Shown one piece after another: positions 27,987 through 37,776 of a DNA stretch of 64,000 nucleotides. The translations under genes were made by a program, and so were the position numbers. The DNA comes from an uncultured Acidobacteriota bacterium (GTDB lineage Bacteria > Acidobacteriota > Thermoanaerobaculia > Multivoradales > JAHEKO01). The DNA lies in contig CAVQNG010000003.1 in assembly GCA_963713825.1 (NCBI GenBank), positions 480,001 through 544,000 on the forward strand. Reading direction: 5' to 3'. Numbering within the stretch: the stretch's first letter is position 1; every line of letters begins with the position of its first letter. The notes under the pieces are model-generated. The model did no database searches. It saw nothing but the letters and a program-made list of their open reading frames with translations, and was not told where the DNA came from.

Positions 27987-30193
27987 GTAGCGGGAGTTCA
28001 GTCTCTACTGCCGGGGCCCTCCTGGTGGGTGCAGTCGCGGCCTTCGCCACCCGATTTGCTCTGCCCCTCGGGCCTGAGGACCCATTTCGCGGCACACTGA
28101 TCGCCTTGCCGCTGATCCTCGCTTCGTTCGTTGCCTTGGGAAGTTGGGCCATCGCCCGCGGGGGTCGGCCGACCCCCGAACGGGTCGTCCTGTTGGAGTG
28201 GGCCTCACTCGCGTCGTTGATTCTTGTTGCTCTCGGCAGAAACCGGCTCGGACTGCTCGGTAACCCCACGGCTCTCGACGGTGTCCTGGCGGCTGGCTTT
28301 CTGCTGCTGCTGGGTCACCGTACCCTTCGCATCCTGATCGCGCTTCGGCCCTCTCTCGAACAGTCAGAATCGAAGAAACCATCGTTCGCCTTCTTCTTCC
28401 TGCCGTTTCTGGTCTATCTGGCTGTTCTTCCGTGGTCGGCGTTCCACCACGCTCCCGATGGTGACGAGCCTCACTACCTGCTACTGACCCATAGCCTGGC
28501 CTACGATCTGGAGACGGACCTGGCCAATAACTACACCGAGGAGGATTCCCTGACCTTCATGGACAGGGCTCTGGAACCGCAGTTGGGGGATCCCGTTGGG
28601 CCGAACGGTGAGATGTATTCGCGCCACAACGTGTTGCTTCCGCTCGCCTTGGCACCCGTTTACCGCCTTGCGGGACTCGGCGGGGTCCTGGTGGTGATGG
28701 CGGGCCTGGCCGCGGCGCTGGTCTGGGCGACACTGGGCCTGGCGAAGGCTTATGGCCTACTGGACCCGGTCGGTACCCTCTGGACCTACGCCATCTTCGC
28801 CTTCACGGCACCGTTGATCCTCTACTCCTACCAGGTGTGGGTCGAGGTTCCCGCGGCCTTGCTGACGGTGCTGGCTCTGACGCTTATTCTCCGCGCGGCC
28901 GACGAGGAGTCCCACGGCTGGGCAACCTGGATGCGCATCGGTCTCCCCATCCTGGCGCTGCCATTCTTGAAAATTCGCTTCGTACTGCTGGCGGGATCTC
29001 TGGTGCTTCTGGCCAGTTGGTATGCCGGTGGCGCGAAGGCCCGGCGGCGAACCGCTCTCCTCCTTGCGACTCTTGGCGGGGTCACGGTCTCGATTCTGCT
29101 GTTCAATCGACTCTTTTTTCAAAATCCGCTCAAGTACCACGACATCGACGGTTTGCGCGCCTATGCTCAGTCACCCCTGACCTACCTGCAAGGCTTCCTG
29201 GGCCTGTTCTACGACTGCGCTTTCGGGCTTTTCGCATTCGCACCAATCTGGCTTCTGATCTTGCCGGCGGCCCTATTGATGGGGTCCCACCACCGCAAGA
29301 TCCTCACCGATTCGCTCTTGATTTTGATTCCCTACCTGATGCTGCTGGCACCGCGGGGCGAGTGGTTCGGTGGGTGGTCGCCTCCCTTTCGCTACGGGAT
29401 CATCGGCTTACCCTTCCTGGCTCTCTGGCTCATTCCGTTGTTGTCCGATCGCAAAAGGGGCGGCAGACAGTTCCTCATCGCCGGTCTGGCCGCCGCGACA
29501 GTCGGGCTGACGATTGTCTGGATCGTCGAGCCTGGTTGGACCTACAACCTGGCGCATGGCCGGAGTCATCTGCTCGACTACCTGTCCAGCGCGCTGAAAG
29601 CCGATGCCGCCAGGTTCTTCCCGAGCTCGACTCGCCCACGCCTGGCAACGTGGGTCTGGCCACCGGTCACGATCCTGGCCTGCTGCCTGCTCTGGTGGGT
29701 TCCGAAACGAGGTGCCCGCACCGGATCAGCACTGGGGCTGTGTACGGTTCTCCTGATCCCGGGTCTCGTTGCCTCCAGCGCCCAGATGCGCCACACCTCG
29801 GTTGTCGAGCTCGAAGACCCATGGATCCAACCCACCGGCGGGGAGGTCCACCCCGAGCTGTGGGTGATCTATCGACCACGCTATCGAGGCGGCTGGGCCC
29901 TTCCGGCTGGAGAGAGCGTGTCGATCCCAGTGGTGCCTGGCGGTCAGCGGCTCACCCTCGTGGTGGAGCTCCAGCAGCCAACAGCAGCCATGGGTCCCGC
30001 TGTCCTGGAGGTAAGGTCAGGCGAAGAGACCCTGAAGCACCGGCCCATTCAGGCCGAGAGCAAATGGCGGCGAGTCCGAGTGGCCGATCTCCCGTGGGAA
30101 GGTGACAGCCCCCTGGTCCTCTCCATTCGGCGCCGTGTCAGGGGCACGCATCCCGAGGTTCTCTTGGATAGGGCCTGGCTCGAGTGGCGGTAG
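27983..30193 (+). CDS. GT-C fold membrane glycosyltransferase-like protein
   Basis: GDEPHY.L...SL..D...DL.NNY, YS.H, W.E.PAAL, W.GGW.PP.RY. Confidence 0.65.
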   Translation: MSSGSSVSTAGALLVGAVAAFATRFALPLGPEDPFRGTLIALPLILASFVALGSWAIARGGRPTPERVVLLEWASLASLILVALGRNRLGLLGNPTALDGVLAAGFLLLLGHRTLRILIALRPSLEQSESKKPSFAFFFLPFLVYLAVLPWSAFHHAPDGDEPHYLLLTHSLAYDLETDLANNYTEEDSLTFMDRALEPQLGDPVGPNGEMYSRHNVLLPLALAPVYRLAGLGGVLVVMAGLAAALVWATLGLAKAYGLLDPVGTLWTYAIFAFTAPLILYSYQVWVEVPAALLTVLALTLILRAADEESHGWATWMRIGLPILALPFLKIRFVLLAGSLVLLASWYAGGAKARRRTALLLATLGGVTVSILLFNRLFFQNPLKYHDIDGLRAYAQSPLTYLQGFLGLFYDCAFGLFAFAPIWLLILPAALLMGSHHRKILTDSLLILIPYLMLLAPRGEWFGGWSPPFRYGIIGLPFLALWLIPLLSDRKRGGRQFLIAGLAAATVGLTIVWIVEPGWTYNLAHGRSHLLDYLSSALKADAARFFPSSTRPRLATWVWPPVTILACCLLWWVPKRGARTGSALGLCTVLLIPGLVASSAQMRHTSVVELEDPWIQPTGGEVHPELWVIYRPRYRGGWALPAGESVSIPVVPGGQRLTLVVELQQPTAAMGPAVLEVRSGEETLKHRPIQAESKWRRVRVADLPWEGDSPLVLSIRRRVRGTHPEVLLDRAWLEWR

Positions 30194-30362
30194 CGGCAGC
30201 CATCGACAGGGCAATCTTCCTGTCCACGATGCGATTCTGGGCATTCTTCCCCGCTCCCAACCAGCGACTCTCGGGCATTTTCCCAGGGCAGACACGACAG
30301 AATCCCCGAGAATTCCCTGTTCTCAAGGCAATTCTCACCGCGGTAGGCCGTCAACGAACATT

Positions 30363-30379
30363 CAGGCATGACTCTTGCT
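30363..30379 (+). promoter_or_regulatory. Putative sigma-54 promoter
   Basis: caGGcatgactcttGCt, GG-N10-GC. Confidence 0.5.
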
Positions 30380-30401
30380 CTATTTGTCGAGGGGGGATCC
30401 T

Positions 30402-30572
30402 ATGCCGAACGATGATCTGAAGGCCTTTGGAGTCGAGATTCCAGCGGGTGCTGACGATGCTCAGACGATGAGCCTCGATGCAGACGTGCGAGGCTTCACG
30501 GGGCTTCTGGTTGGCCTGGCGATCGGTGTCGCGACCTGGGGCCTGATCCTCGCAGTTTGGTGGCTGGTCTAG
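30402..30572 (+). CDS. Small single-TM protein
   Basis: RBS gagggggg; C-terminal TM. Confidence 0.55.
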   Translation: MPNDDLKAFGVEIPAGADDAQTMSLDADVRGFTGLLVGLAIGVATWGLILAVWWLV

Positions 30573-30625
30573 CGCCGCCAAGTGCCACCTCGGCCTCAAG
30601 TCCATTGCCTCAACTTCACGAATGA

Positions 30626-30652
30626 CGGCCGGCAGGGGCGCCGGCCGCTTCA
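30626..30652. repeat. REP-like palindrome between convergent genes
   Basis: Same 27-mer as 11375. Confidence 0.8.
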
Positions 30653-30656
30653 GCCC

Positions 30657-31673
30657 TCAGGGCCTTGACGCTGTGCGTCGTGGCAAGTCGCCCGAGATCA
30701 GGGCGAGAGTGGTCTGAACGACCTGGACCAGGGAACTGGGGTCGGCCACACCGCGTCCGGCGATGTCGAAAGCGGTGCCATGATCGACCGAAGTGCGCAG
30801 AAACGGCAGGCCGAGAGTCCAGTTCGTCGACAGGCCAAAGGCGCTCGTCTTGACCGCGATCAGCCCCTGATCATGGTAGAGGGACAGAACCCAGTCGTAC
30901 TCGCCCTGCCGCGCCCGAGCAAATAGTGAGTCTGGGCTGTCAGGGCCCGAGACATCGACTCCCTGCTCTCTGGCCCGCTCGACGGCCGGCAGCACGATCT
31001 CACTCTCCTCCGAGCCCAGGAGCCCGCCCTCGCCGGCATGTGGGTTGACGCCTGCGACCACCATGCGACCGCCCGCAGCGCGGTTCAGGAGGAGGAGTGC
31101 ATCGACCAACGCTGACTCGCGGATCTCGTCCAAAGCCTGTCTCAGCGGTAGATGAGTGGTCAGCAGGGCCACCTGCAGGTCCGGCGTCAGGAACGCCATC
31201 AGGTAATCGCGACCGTAGCACTCCAGACCCGCAGCCGCCGCCAGATACTCCGTGTGGCCTCGGAAATCGGGCCTGTGGTGATGGGCGATGGAGGCCTTGC
31301 TGACCGGCGCGGTGACCAGGGCATCTGCACACCCTTCCTGCACCGCTTCGATGCCGCCATCCAGGGCCGCCATGGCCCCGCCCGCATCGGCCGCACCTGA
31401 GCGACCGAGATTCACGGGTCTGTCCTCAGCAACAGGATCGACGACGGGGATCGACTCCAGCGGCAGTGCTTCGATCTCGCTGCGGCTTGGAACGGCGGGA
31501 AGGTAGACCAACCGCTCGACAAGAGAGCCGCCGACGGAAGAAGGCACCGCTTCCAGCGCTACCCTCTCGGCAAAAACCAGCGGCCGCCACTCCCTACTCG
31601 GCGGCTGCTCGACCAACAACTTGGTGATGATTTCTGGGCCCACGCCGGCGGGGTCGCCTTGCGTCAGGGCCAC
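30657..31673 (-). CDS. pdxA: 4-hydroxythreonine-4-phosphate dehydrogenase
   Basis: GDPAGVGPE, GHTE, NPHAGE, YHDQGL, RTSVDHGTAFDIAG. Confidence 0.95.
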   Translation of the reverse strand: MALTQGDPAGVGPEIITKLLVEQPPSREWRPLVFAERVALEAVPSSVGGSLVERLVYLPAVPSRSEIEALPLESIPVVDPVAEDRPVNLGRSGAADAGGAMAALDGGIEAVQEGCADALVTAPVSKASIAHHHRPDFRGHTEYLAAAAGLECYGRDYLMAFLTPDLQVALLTTHLPLRQALDEIRESALVDALLLLNRAAGGRMVVAGVNPHAGEGGLLGSEESEIVLPAVERAREQGVDVSGPDSPDSLFARARQGEYDWVLSLYHDQGLIAVKTSAFGLSTNWTLGLPFLRTSVDHGTAFDIAGRGVADPSSLVQVVQTTLALISGDLPRRTASRP

Positions 31674-31683
31674 TACGGAGATG

Positions 31684-32004
31684 TCAGCCAGAACGTCGCC
31701 CTCGCCTCTTGAGCTCCTCTTCCTTGTACATATAGCGGATCTGGTGCTTGTAGATCAGCAGGTTCGGCTCACTATGGCGATGGAACTTGATCGACCCCTT
31801 GTCGTACCACTCGATCCACCCGCGCAGCTCTTCTCCGTCGACCAGCACCAGGACCATGGGAGTCCGGGCTGCCATCTGCTTGAGAAAGTAGAACTCCTCG
31901 GCATTGGTCTGCTCGGGTGGCGCCTGCTTTCGCCGAACGGAACGGGCCTGCCCGTCCTTTCTGAAATCCGATGTGTCCGGCCTGATGAGCTTGCGATTCG
32001 TCAT
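31684..32004 (-). CDS. Hfq-like Sm-fold RNA-binding protein
   Basis: L.DGE.LRG.I..YD...I; LIYKH.I Sm2 motif. Confidence 0.75.
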   Translation of the reverse strand: MTNRKLIRPDTSDFRKDGQARSVRRKQAPPEQTNAEEFYFLKQMAARTPMVLVLVDGEELRGWIEWYDKGSIKFHRHSEPNLLIYKHQIRYMYKEEELKRRGRRSG

Positions 32005-32744
32005 GGTCTGGGACTCTCGTTGGGGGATGCCGACTTCTTCTTGGCCGGCGCTTGGTACTGGTCATCCTCGTAAGCCAAACAGCACAGGAGACGCCCACAC
32101 TGACCGGAGATCTTCGAGGGATTGAGACTGAGGCTCTGGCGTTTGGCCATCTGAATCGAGATGGGTCGGAAATCCTGCAACCAGGTGGAGCAGCACAGCG
32201 TGCGCCCGCAGACCCCGATGCCGCCGATCAGTCCCGCTTCGTCCCGCGCACCGACCTGCATCATCTTGATCCTGGCTGCAAAGCGACGTGAGATCTCCCG
32301 CACCAGTTTGCGAAAGTCGATCCTTCCTTCCGCCGTAAAGTAGACCACCGCCTTGGAGCCGTCCAGGGCGAAGTCGACCTTGGAGACCTTCATTTCGAGG
32401 CCCAGGTTCTTGGCCCGCTCGCGGCAGAACTGCTTGGCGGCGAAGTCGTTCTCGAGCTTCTTTTCGAAATCGGCCTCGTCGTTGTCGTTGGCTCGACGCA
32501 TGATCCGTCGGGCCGCGACCTTCTGGCACGGCTTGAAGACCGGCATCGGCGACTGCTCGACCTTGCCCAGGGCCGGCCCAGGATCGAGGTCGACTACGAC
32601 CCGCTCGTCCTTGCAGTAGATCTGATCACCCGTGGCGCAGAGAGTGAGGTTCGAGCCCTCGCCGACGCGGACTCCGACGTAGTTACCCTCCACACTGGTG
32701 GACATGCCCTTGTAGGAGCACCCCTGACACGCTGACATATTCAC
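32001..32744 (-). CDS. RicT/YaaT (PSP1) family protein
   Basis: [39 protein letters not shown]. Confidence 0.92.
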   Translation of the reverse strand: MNMSACQGCSYKGMSTSVEGNYVGVRVGEGSNLTLCATGDQIYCKDERVVVDLDPGPALGKVEQSPMPVFKPCQKVAARRIMRRANDNDEADFEKKLENDFAAKQFCRERAKNLGLEMKVSKVDFALDGSKAVVYFTAEGRIDFRKLVREISRRFAARIKMMQVGARDEAGLIGGIGVCGRTLCCSTWLQDFRPISIQMAKRQSLSLNPSKISGQCGRLLCCLAYEDDQYQAPAKKKSASPNESPRP

Positions 32745-32942
32745 GCCACCCCTTCGACACGCAAAACAGATAACAGGCCGCGGCTGTCGGGACCTCTGTC
32801 AGAATCCCTTATTCCCTTGAAAATCCAAGGGATAGGCCGGTCTCCGTTGTCGTAGTTCTGACAGTCGAATGCCATTATGGCAACGCCCTGTTGTCGTGTC
32901 AACGCGACCCGAATCGGTCGCTGAATGGGTCTGGAAGGAAGC

Positions 32943-34220
32943 TCAGGCCTCTCGCGTCAGCACGCGCCGGCCGATATCGCGACGCATCACCTTGCTGGGC
33001 CATTGGATCCGGCCCGCCGCTTCATATGCCAACCTGAGAGCATCTTTCAGATTGGAGCCGGAGCCGCACACGTTGAGCACCCGGCCGCCGGATGCGATCA
33101 GCTTGCCGTTCTTCAAAGCCGTGCCGGCATGGAACACCTCTACGCCGTCGAGCTCTCGAGCCGCCGTGATCCCGCTGATGGGTTCGCCCTTGACCGGATC
33201 GCTGGGATAGCCCGCGCTGGCCAACACGATGCACACCGTGGCCGCCTTGCGGAAATGGAGTCGTGAGACTTCGAACTTCCCAGCGGCCCCGGAGGCCAGC
33301 ACCGGCAGCAGGTCGTCCTCCAGTCGCATGAAGAGCGGTTGGGCTTCGGGATCGCCGAAACGAACGTTGTACTCCAGGACCCTGGGACCGTCCTCGGTCA
33401 ACATGAGACCGGCGTAGAGGACTCCGATAAAGGGCCGGCCCTCAGCAGCCATGCCGGAGATCGTCGGGCGCATGACGCTCTCCAACACCCCCGAGGCGCT
33501 TTCGCCGGACAGCACGCCGGAAGGGCTGTGCGCTCCCATGCCACCGGTATTGGGCCCCGTGTCATCTTCGCCGATGCGCTTGTAGTCCTTGCTGGTGGCG
33601 AAGTTGAGAAGGCGCTCGCCGTCGCTCAAAGCGATAAAGGAGAGCTCTTCGCCCTCGAGACATTCCTCCACCACGACCCGGTCCGCCGCTCGGCCGAAGC
33701 GCCGATCATCGAAGAGCATCTTCAGCGCGGCATCGGCTTCGACGAGATTGCTGACAATCAACACACCCTTGCCGGCAGCCAGGCCATCGGCTTTGAGGAC
33801 CACCGGAAATCCGAACTTGGCCATCGCTGCCTTGGCCTCGTTGCCATCGTGGACAACCTCGAACGCCGCCGTGGGGATGCCATGCCGGGCCATGAACTCC
33901 TTGGCGAAGACCTTGCTGCCTTCGAGCTCGGCGGCCGGCTGCCGGGGTCCGAAGACGGCCAGGCCCCTCTCGTCGAGCTCATCGGCCAGACCCAGAGTCA
34001 GGGGCAGCTCGGGCCCCACCACCGTTAAGTCGATGTTCATCTCCTGAGCGAAGTCCGCCAGCTTCTGGACCTCGTCTGGTGCGATCGGCACCAGGTCCGC
34101 GACCTCCGCGATGCCGGGGTTTCCAGGCGCACAGTAGAGCTCCGTCAACAGGGGGCTCTGACGCAGCTTCCAGCACAGGGCGTGCTCTCGACCTCCACTG
34201 CCGACGACGAGTACTCTCAT
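32943..34220 (-). CDS. purD: Phosphoribosylamine--glycine ligase
   Basis: GSGGREHAL, KADGLAAGKGV, GPNTGGMGA, RFGDPE. Confidence 0.98.
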   Translation of the reverse strand: MRVLVVGSGGREHALCWKLRQSPLLTELYCAPGNPGIAEVADLVPIAPDEVQKLADFAQEMNIDLTVVGPELPLTLGLADELDERGLAVFGPRQPAAELEGSKVFAKEFMARHGIPTAAFEVVHDGNEAKAAMAKFGFPVVLKADGLAAGKGVLIVSNLVEADAALKMLFDDRRFGRAADRVVVEECLEGEELSFIALSDGERLLNFATSKDYKRIGEDDTGPNTGGMGAHSPSGVLSGESASGVLESVMRPTISGMAAEGRPFIGVLYAGLMLTEDGPRVLEYNVRFGDPEAQPLFMRLEDDLLPVLASGAAGKFEVSRLHFRKAATVCIVLASAGYPSDPVKGEPISGITAARELDGVEVFHAGTALKNGKLIASGGRVLNVCGSGSNLKDALRLAYEAAGRIQWPSKVMRRDIGRRVLTREA

Positions 34221-35110
34221 GGTTCACCTCGTTCAGGTTCGCGATGGTCACCCTCTGTGGCGACTGGCCACTCGAGGATAGCCTGTTCCACCTCATCGAT
34301 CACGTAGTCCGGTGTCGATGCGCCCGCGGTGAGCCCGACGGTCCCAACACCGTCGAACCACTCGGGCTGCAGATCTCGCGGGCCCTGGATGAGATGCGAT
34401 GGCTTCAAATCGCGACAGATCTCCCAGAGATGGCGAGTATTGGCACTCTGTTTGCCACCGACAATCAAAACAAGTCCCACGGCAGGATCGGCGCATAGGG
34501 CCTGGGCCGCATCCTGATTCTCTTTTGTGGCATAGCAGATCGTGTCGGCGCGTGATACATCAGCTGTCTTGGCTTCGATGAGCTTCACGACCTCTTCGTA
34601 GTCTTCCGAGTTGAGCGTCGTCTGATAGAGGACCTTTACCTTCGGATAGCGGCTCCAGTCTATCGCTTCGACCTCTTCGGCGGCCTTCAGAACATGGTAG
34701 GTGGCCGGATCCCGATCCCTTGTGTAGCCGATGACTTCGCGGTGCTCAGCCTCGCCGATGAAGACCAGATGCGAACCTTCGTCGAGAGCTCGGTCGGCCT
34801 CCTCGTGAATGTCGTAAACGAAAGGGCAGGTCGTGTCGAGAATCTTCAAGCTGCGACTCTGGGCCTGACTGTGAAACGACGGCGGCACTCCATGAGCAGA
34901 GAAGACCACAGTACCCTCATCAATCTCCTCGAGCGACTGGATGGTCGGCACTCCGAGCTGCTCCATCTCCTCGACCACGCGCTCGTTGTGGACCACCTGG
35001 CCGAGGATCTTGCCGTCGGCTCCGCCCAGAGACGCGAACTTCTTGACCTTGCGGTCAGCGACTCGCACGCCGGCGCAGAATCCGTACTTCTCGGCTCGTT
35101 GGACTCTCAT
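34217..35110 (-). CDS. ispH: 4-hydroxy-3-methylbut-2-enyl diphosphate reductase
   Basis: GFCAGV, VHN, SAHG, TCP.V, TICYAT, SANT, TAGASTP. Confidence 0.95.
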   Translation of the reverse strand: MRVQRAEKYGFCAGVRVADRKVKKFASLGGADGKILGQVVHNERVVEEMEQLGVPTIQSLEEIDEGTVVFSAHGVPPSFHSQAQSRSLKILDTTCPFVYDIHEEADRALDEGSHLVFIGEAEHREVIGYTRDRDPATYHVLKAAEEVEAIDWSRYPKVKVLYQTTLNSEDYEEVVKLIEAKTADVSRADTICYATKENQDAAQALCADPAVGLVLIVGGKQSANTRHLWEICRDLKPSHLIQGPRDLQPEWFDGVGTVGLTAGASTPDYVIDEVEQAILEWPVATEGDHREPERGEP

Positions 35111-35275
35111 GACAAGGCGGCGCGATTGTAGCAAACGACAGCGTCACAGCGAGCTGCCGAAAGCGTCCTCAGAAAAGGTCGTTTTCGCCAACCCATCAGA
35201 CCACTGGAAGCCTGCATGCTTCGGAAAAAACTACGTTTAGAAGGATTTTCAAGTGAGTTCTCCAACGCTGCCAAC

Positions 35276-35292
35276 CTGGCACCCGGGTTGCT
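35276..35292 (+). promoter_or_regulatory. Sigma-54 promoter
   Basis: CTGGCAC-ccggg-TTGCT, near consensus, 50 bp before a GTG with RBS aaggag. Confidence 0.7.
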
Positions 35293-35341
35293 GTTCCTTT
35301 CTGTGGAGAGCATAGGAAACCTCGAACGAAAGGAGACGCCC

Positions 35342-36064
35342 GTGCGCCATACACTGAAAGCCCTGCTCGTAGTCATGAGTCTCTACTTCGTCTCTCTGCC
35401 GGCTCTCGCTCAGTACCCGAGCCGGCCGTACACCGGACCGCAAGCGCCCAAGAACCAGCTGCGGCTCAATGTCGGCTACTTCACCCCGAACGGGGGTTCG
35501 GACTACTGGAACGACAAGCAGCTCGACTTCACCGGCTCCTCAGAAGACTTCGCGAACGCCACTGTGGGATTGGACTACATCCGTCTGCTGACCGGCCGCC
35601 TCGGCCTGCTGGTGACGGCGAACTTCTGGGACGGCGACTCGAACCAGTCGTACCGGGACTACACGGATGACGTCGGCGCCAACATCACCCACACCACCAA
35701 GGTCTCGACCAACTCTCTCGAAGTGGGTCTGATCTACAGCTTTCTGCCTCGGCAGGCAGCGGTGATTCCCTACATCGGCGGAGCCGGAGGCTACTACGCG
35801 TGGGAGCTCGAGGAGGCCGGAGACTTCATCGACTTCGGTGCCTTTCCTCCGCAGATCTTCAGCGACAGCTTCTCTTCGAGCGGCGGGACCTTCGGTTGGT
35901 CCGGCATCTTCGGGCTCGAGATTCCTTTCGGCCAGAAATGGTCACTCCTTCTCGAAGGCCGGTGGCAGGGTGTTCAAGCCGAGCTGGAGGGTGACTTCGA
36001 GGGCTTCGGCACTCTGGACCTGTCGGGTGGCAGTGCTCGAATTGGAGCGTCGTATGGATTCTAA
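35342..36064 (+). CDS. Outer-membrane beta-barrel protein
   Basis: Signal peptide, PYIGG.GG strand, terminal Phe (ASYGF). Confidence 0.85.
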   Translation: MRHTLKALLVVMSLYFVSLPALAQYPSRPYTGPQAPKNQLRLNVGYFTPNGGSDYWNDKQLDFTGSSEDFANATVGLDYIRLLTGRLGLLVTANFWDGDSNQSYRDYTDDVGANITHTTKVSTNSLEVGLIYSFLPRQAAVIPYIGGAGGYYAWELEEAGDFIDFGAFPPQIFSDSFSSSGGTFGWSGIFGLEIPFGQKWSLLLEGRWQGVQAELEGDFEGFGTLDLSGGSARIGASYGF

Positions 36065-36087
36065 GGAGACGGCTAGGCCCTCTCCCA

Positions 36088-36144
36088 TTAGGGGGGCTTA
36101 GGGGCTTAGGGGCTTAGGGGCTTAGGGGCTTAGGGGCTTAGGGG
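36088..36144. repeat. Tandem (TTAGGGGC)n, 7 G-tracts
   Basis: Directly visible between convergent genes. Confidence 0.95.
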
Positions 36145-36152
36145 AGCAAGGC

Positions 36153-36761
36153 CTAGCAGAAGGCTTCTTCGTAATCTTCGATGGCGGCACTCACGACCTT
36201 GAGCGCATGCTCGCGGCCGTAAACGGCCTCCACCACCATCTGGGACTCCTGACCAGGAACCATCTTGTAGGTCCCGAAGTAGTGCCGCAGCCGTTCGACG
36301 AGAATCTCCTGGAGATCCGAGATCTCATCCATCGAACCGTAGAAGTAGTCGTCTTCTAGAACGGCCACGATCTTGTCGTCGGCCTCACCGCCATCGACCG
36401 CCTGCAGCCCGCCGACAATCTTGGCGTTCAGGATCACTTCACTCCTGTTGATCGGGCGCTCGCTGAAGACGCAGATGTCCAACGGGTCGCCATCGCCCCT
36501 TTCCGCGTTGGGCGAGAGTGCGTTGACCCGTTCGGCACAGTAGGTCTGTGGAATGAACCCGTACAGGGCCGGCGGCTGGGATGAGCTGCGCTGCGGTCGA
36601 TCGACCCGCAGGTAACCGGTCACCTTGTCGACCTCGTACTTCACCAGGTCGAAGGGCGTGATCTCGATGTAGGCGTGGACCAATCGCGGTGGTCGTCGTC
36701 CGACCTCCAGACCATGCCAGGGATGCGGTCGCCAGCGAAAGAAAGAGGTCGCTTCGGCCAT
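36153..36761 (-). CDS. ppa: Inorganic pyrophosphatase (family I)
   Basis: [28 protein letters not shown]. Confidence 0.95.
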   Translation of the reverse strand: MAEATSFFRWRPHPWHGLEVGRRPPRLVHAYIEITPFDLVKYEVDKVTGYLRVDRPQRSSSQPPALYGFIPQTYCAERVNALSPNAERGDGDPLDICVFSERPINRSEVILNAKIVGGLQAVDGGEADDKIVAVLEDDYFYGSMDEISDLQEILVERLRHYFGTYKMVPGQESQMVVEAVYGREHALKVVSAAIEDYEEAFC

Positions 36762-36765
36762 TCAT

Positions 36766-37518
36766 CTATCCTTTCGTGTCGGGGAGATAGTCCACCAGTG
36801 CTGGCGGCTCCAAGGAAGGGTCCTCGAGCAGTGCGAGCGCAGCCTCGATGACGGCCACCTGCTTGGCGGGATCGTTCGGCGTGTCGAGCGGGTAACCATG
36901 GCGGAAGGGCACCAAGAGTCCCCTCGGAGGACGGACCTTCTCGGCCACGAACCTCAGCAGCTGGATGACAACCGTCGAGATCCCATGGCGCTCCAACTCG
37001 GCTGCGATCAGACCCACGGTCTGATTGCAGGTCGGTCACACCGGAACCAACAGAGCGACATCCACACCCTGAGCCACTAATCTCTCCCGCGCCGTAGGCA
37101 ACACGTCCCGCACCATTCGACCGGTGGCCGTGATCGACCCCATGAAGGTCAGATAGCTCTCCGACAGCGAGCCGATGCGCCCCATCTCCAGTAGTTCCCG
37201 CATCCTGTCCAAGGGGAACGCGATGTTCGGATCCTGCTCGACACCCCGGTGGTCCCACGATTCACTGCGGTGATTCTCGACCAGCCGGCTGACATCCGAG
37301 TCCCAAGGAACCTCGCGGTAGGAGGCGTCGCCCCCTTTGATGCTCTCGTCGAAAGGTGTCTGGTCATCCAGGGTCAGGCCGGCGGTAGACACCAGGCTCA
37401 GCCGACACTCGGACAGCGGCTTACTCAGTGGCGTCCACGGTACCGGATCGATCCGCCGCCACCGGTAGGTCTTGATGAACGCCTTGACTCCAAACGAGAA
37501 CTCACTCATATCTCCCAT
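36766..37518 (-). CDS. GrdB/PrdB-like selenoprotein (UxxC), TGA at 37036-37038 read as Sec
   Basis: Two track ORFs are in frame: DVALLVPV-U-PTCNQTVGLIA; hairpin atcagacc-gtg-ggtctgat just 3' of TGA. Confidence 0.85.
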
Positions 37519-37542
37519 GGCGGCCCTATCCTAACTCGCAAG

Positions 37543-37645
37543 GGCTGAGGCACCCGGCAGTCCTGCCGGGTGATCTTTGAGGGCTTGGGGGTTGGAGCGA
37601 TCGGGCGTGCCTTCCGATCGACCTTTGAGCAGTGGGGGTCCCCCT
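37543..37645. repeat. Modular intergenic repeat (gggNtgag-hairpin-ctttgagggcttgg)
   Basis: Related to 43049-43143, 43450-43553 and 44510-44596. Confidence 0.65.
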
Positions 37646-37776
37646 CCCGTCACAGCTCCTGGCCCAACGCGTCATTGCTTCACCGGTGCCAGGGGTTCGG
37701 TGCGGGACCCAGGACCCAAGCCCCGGGACTGCTGGGCCTGCGGGCCAGTCGGACAGACCTCCACATTCCTCGTGGT

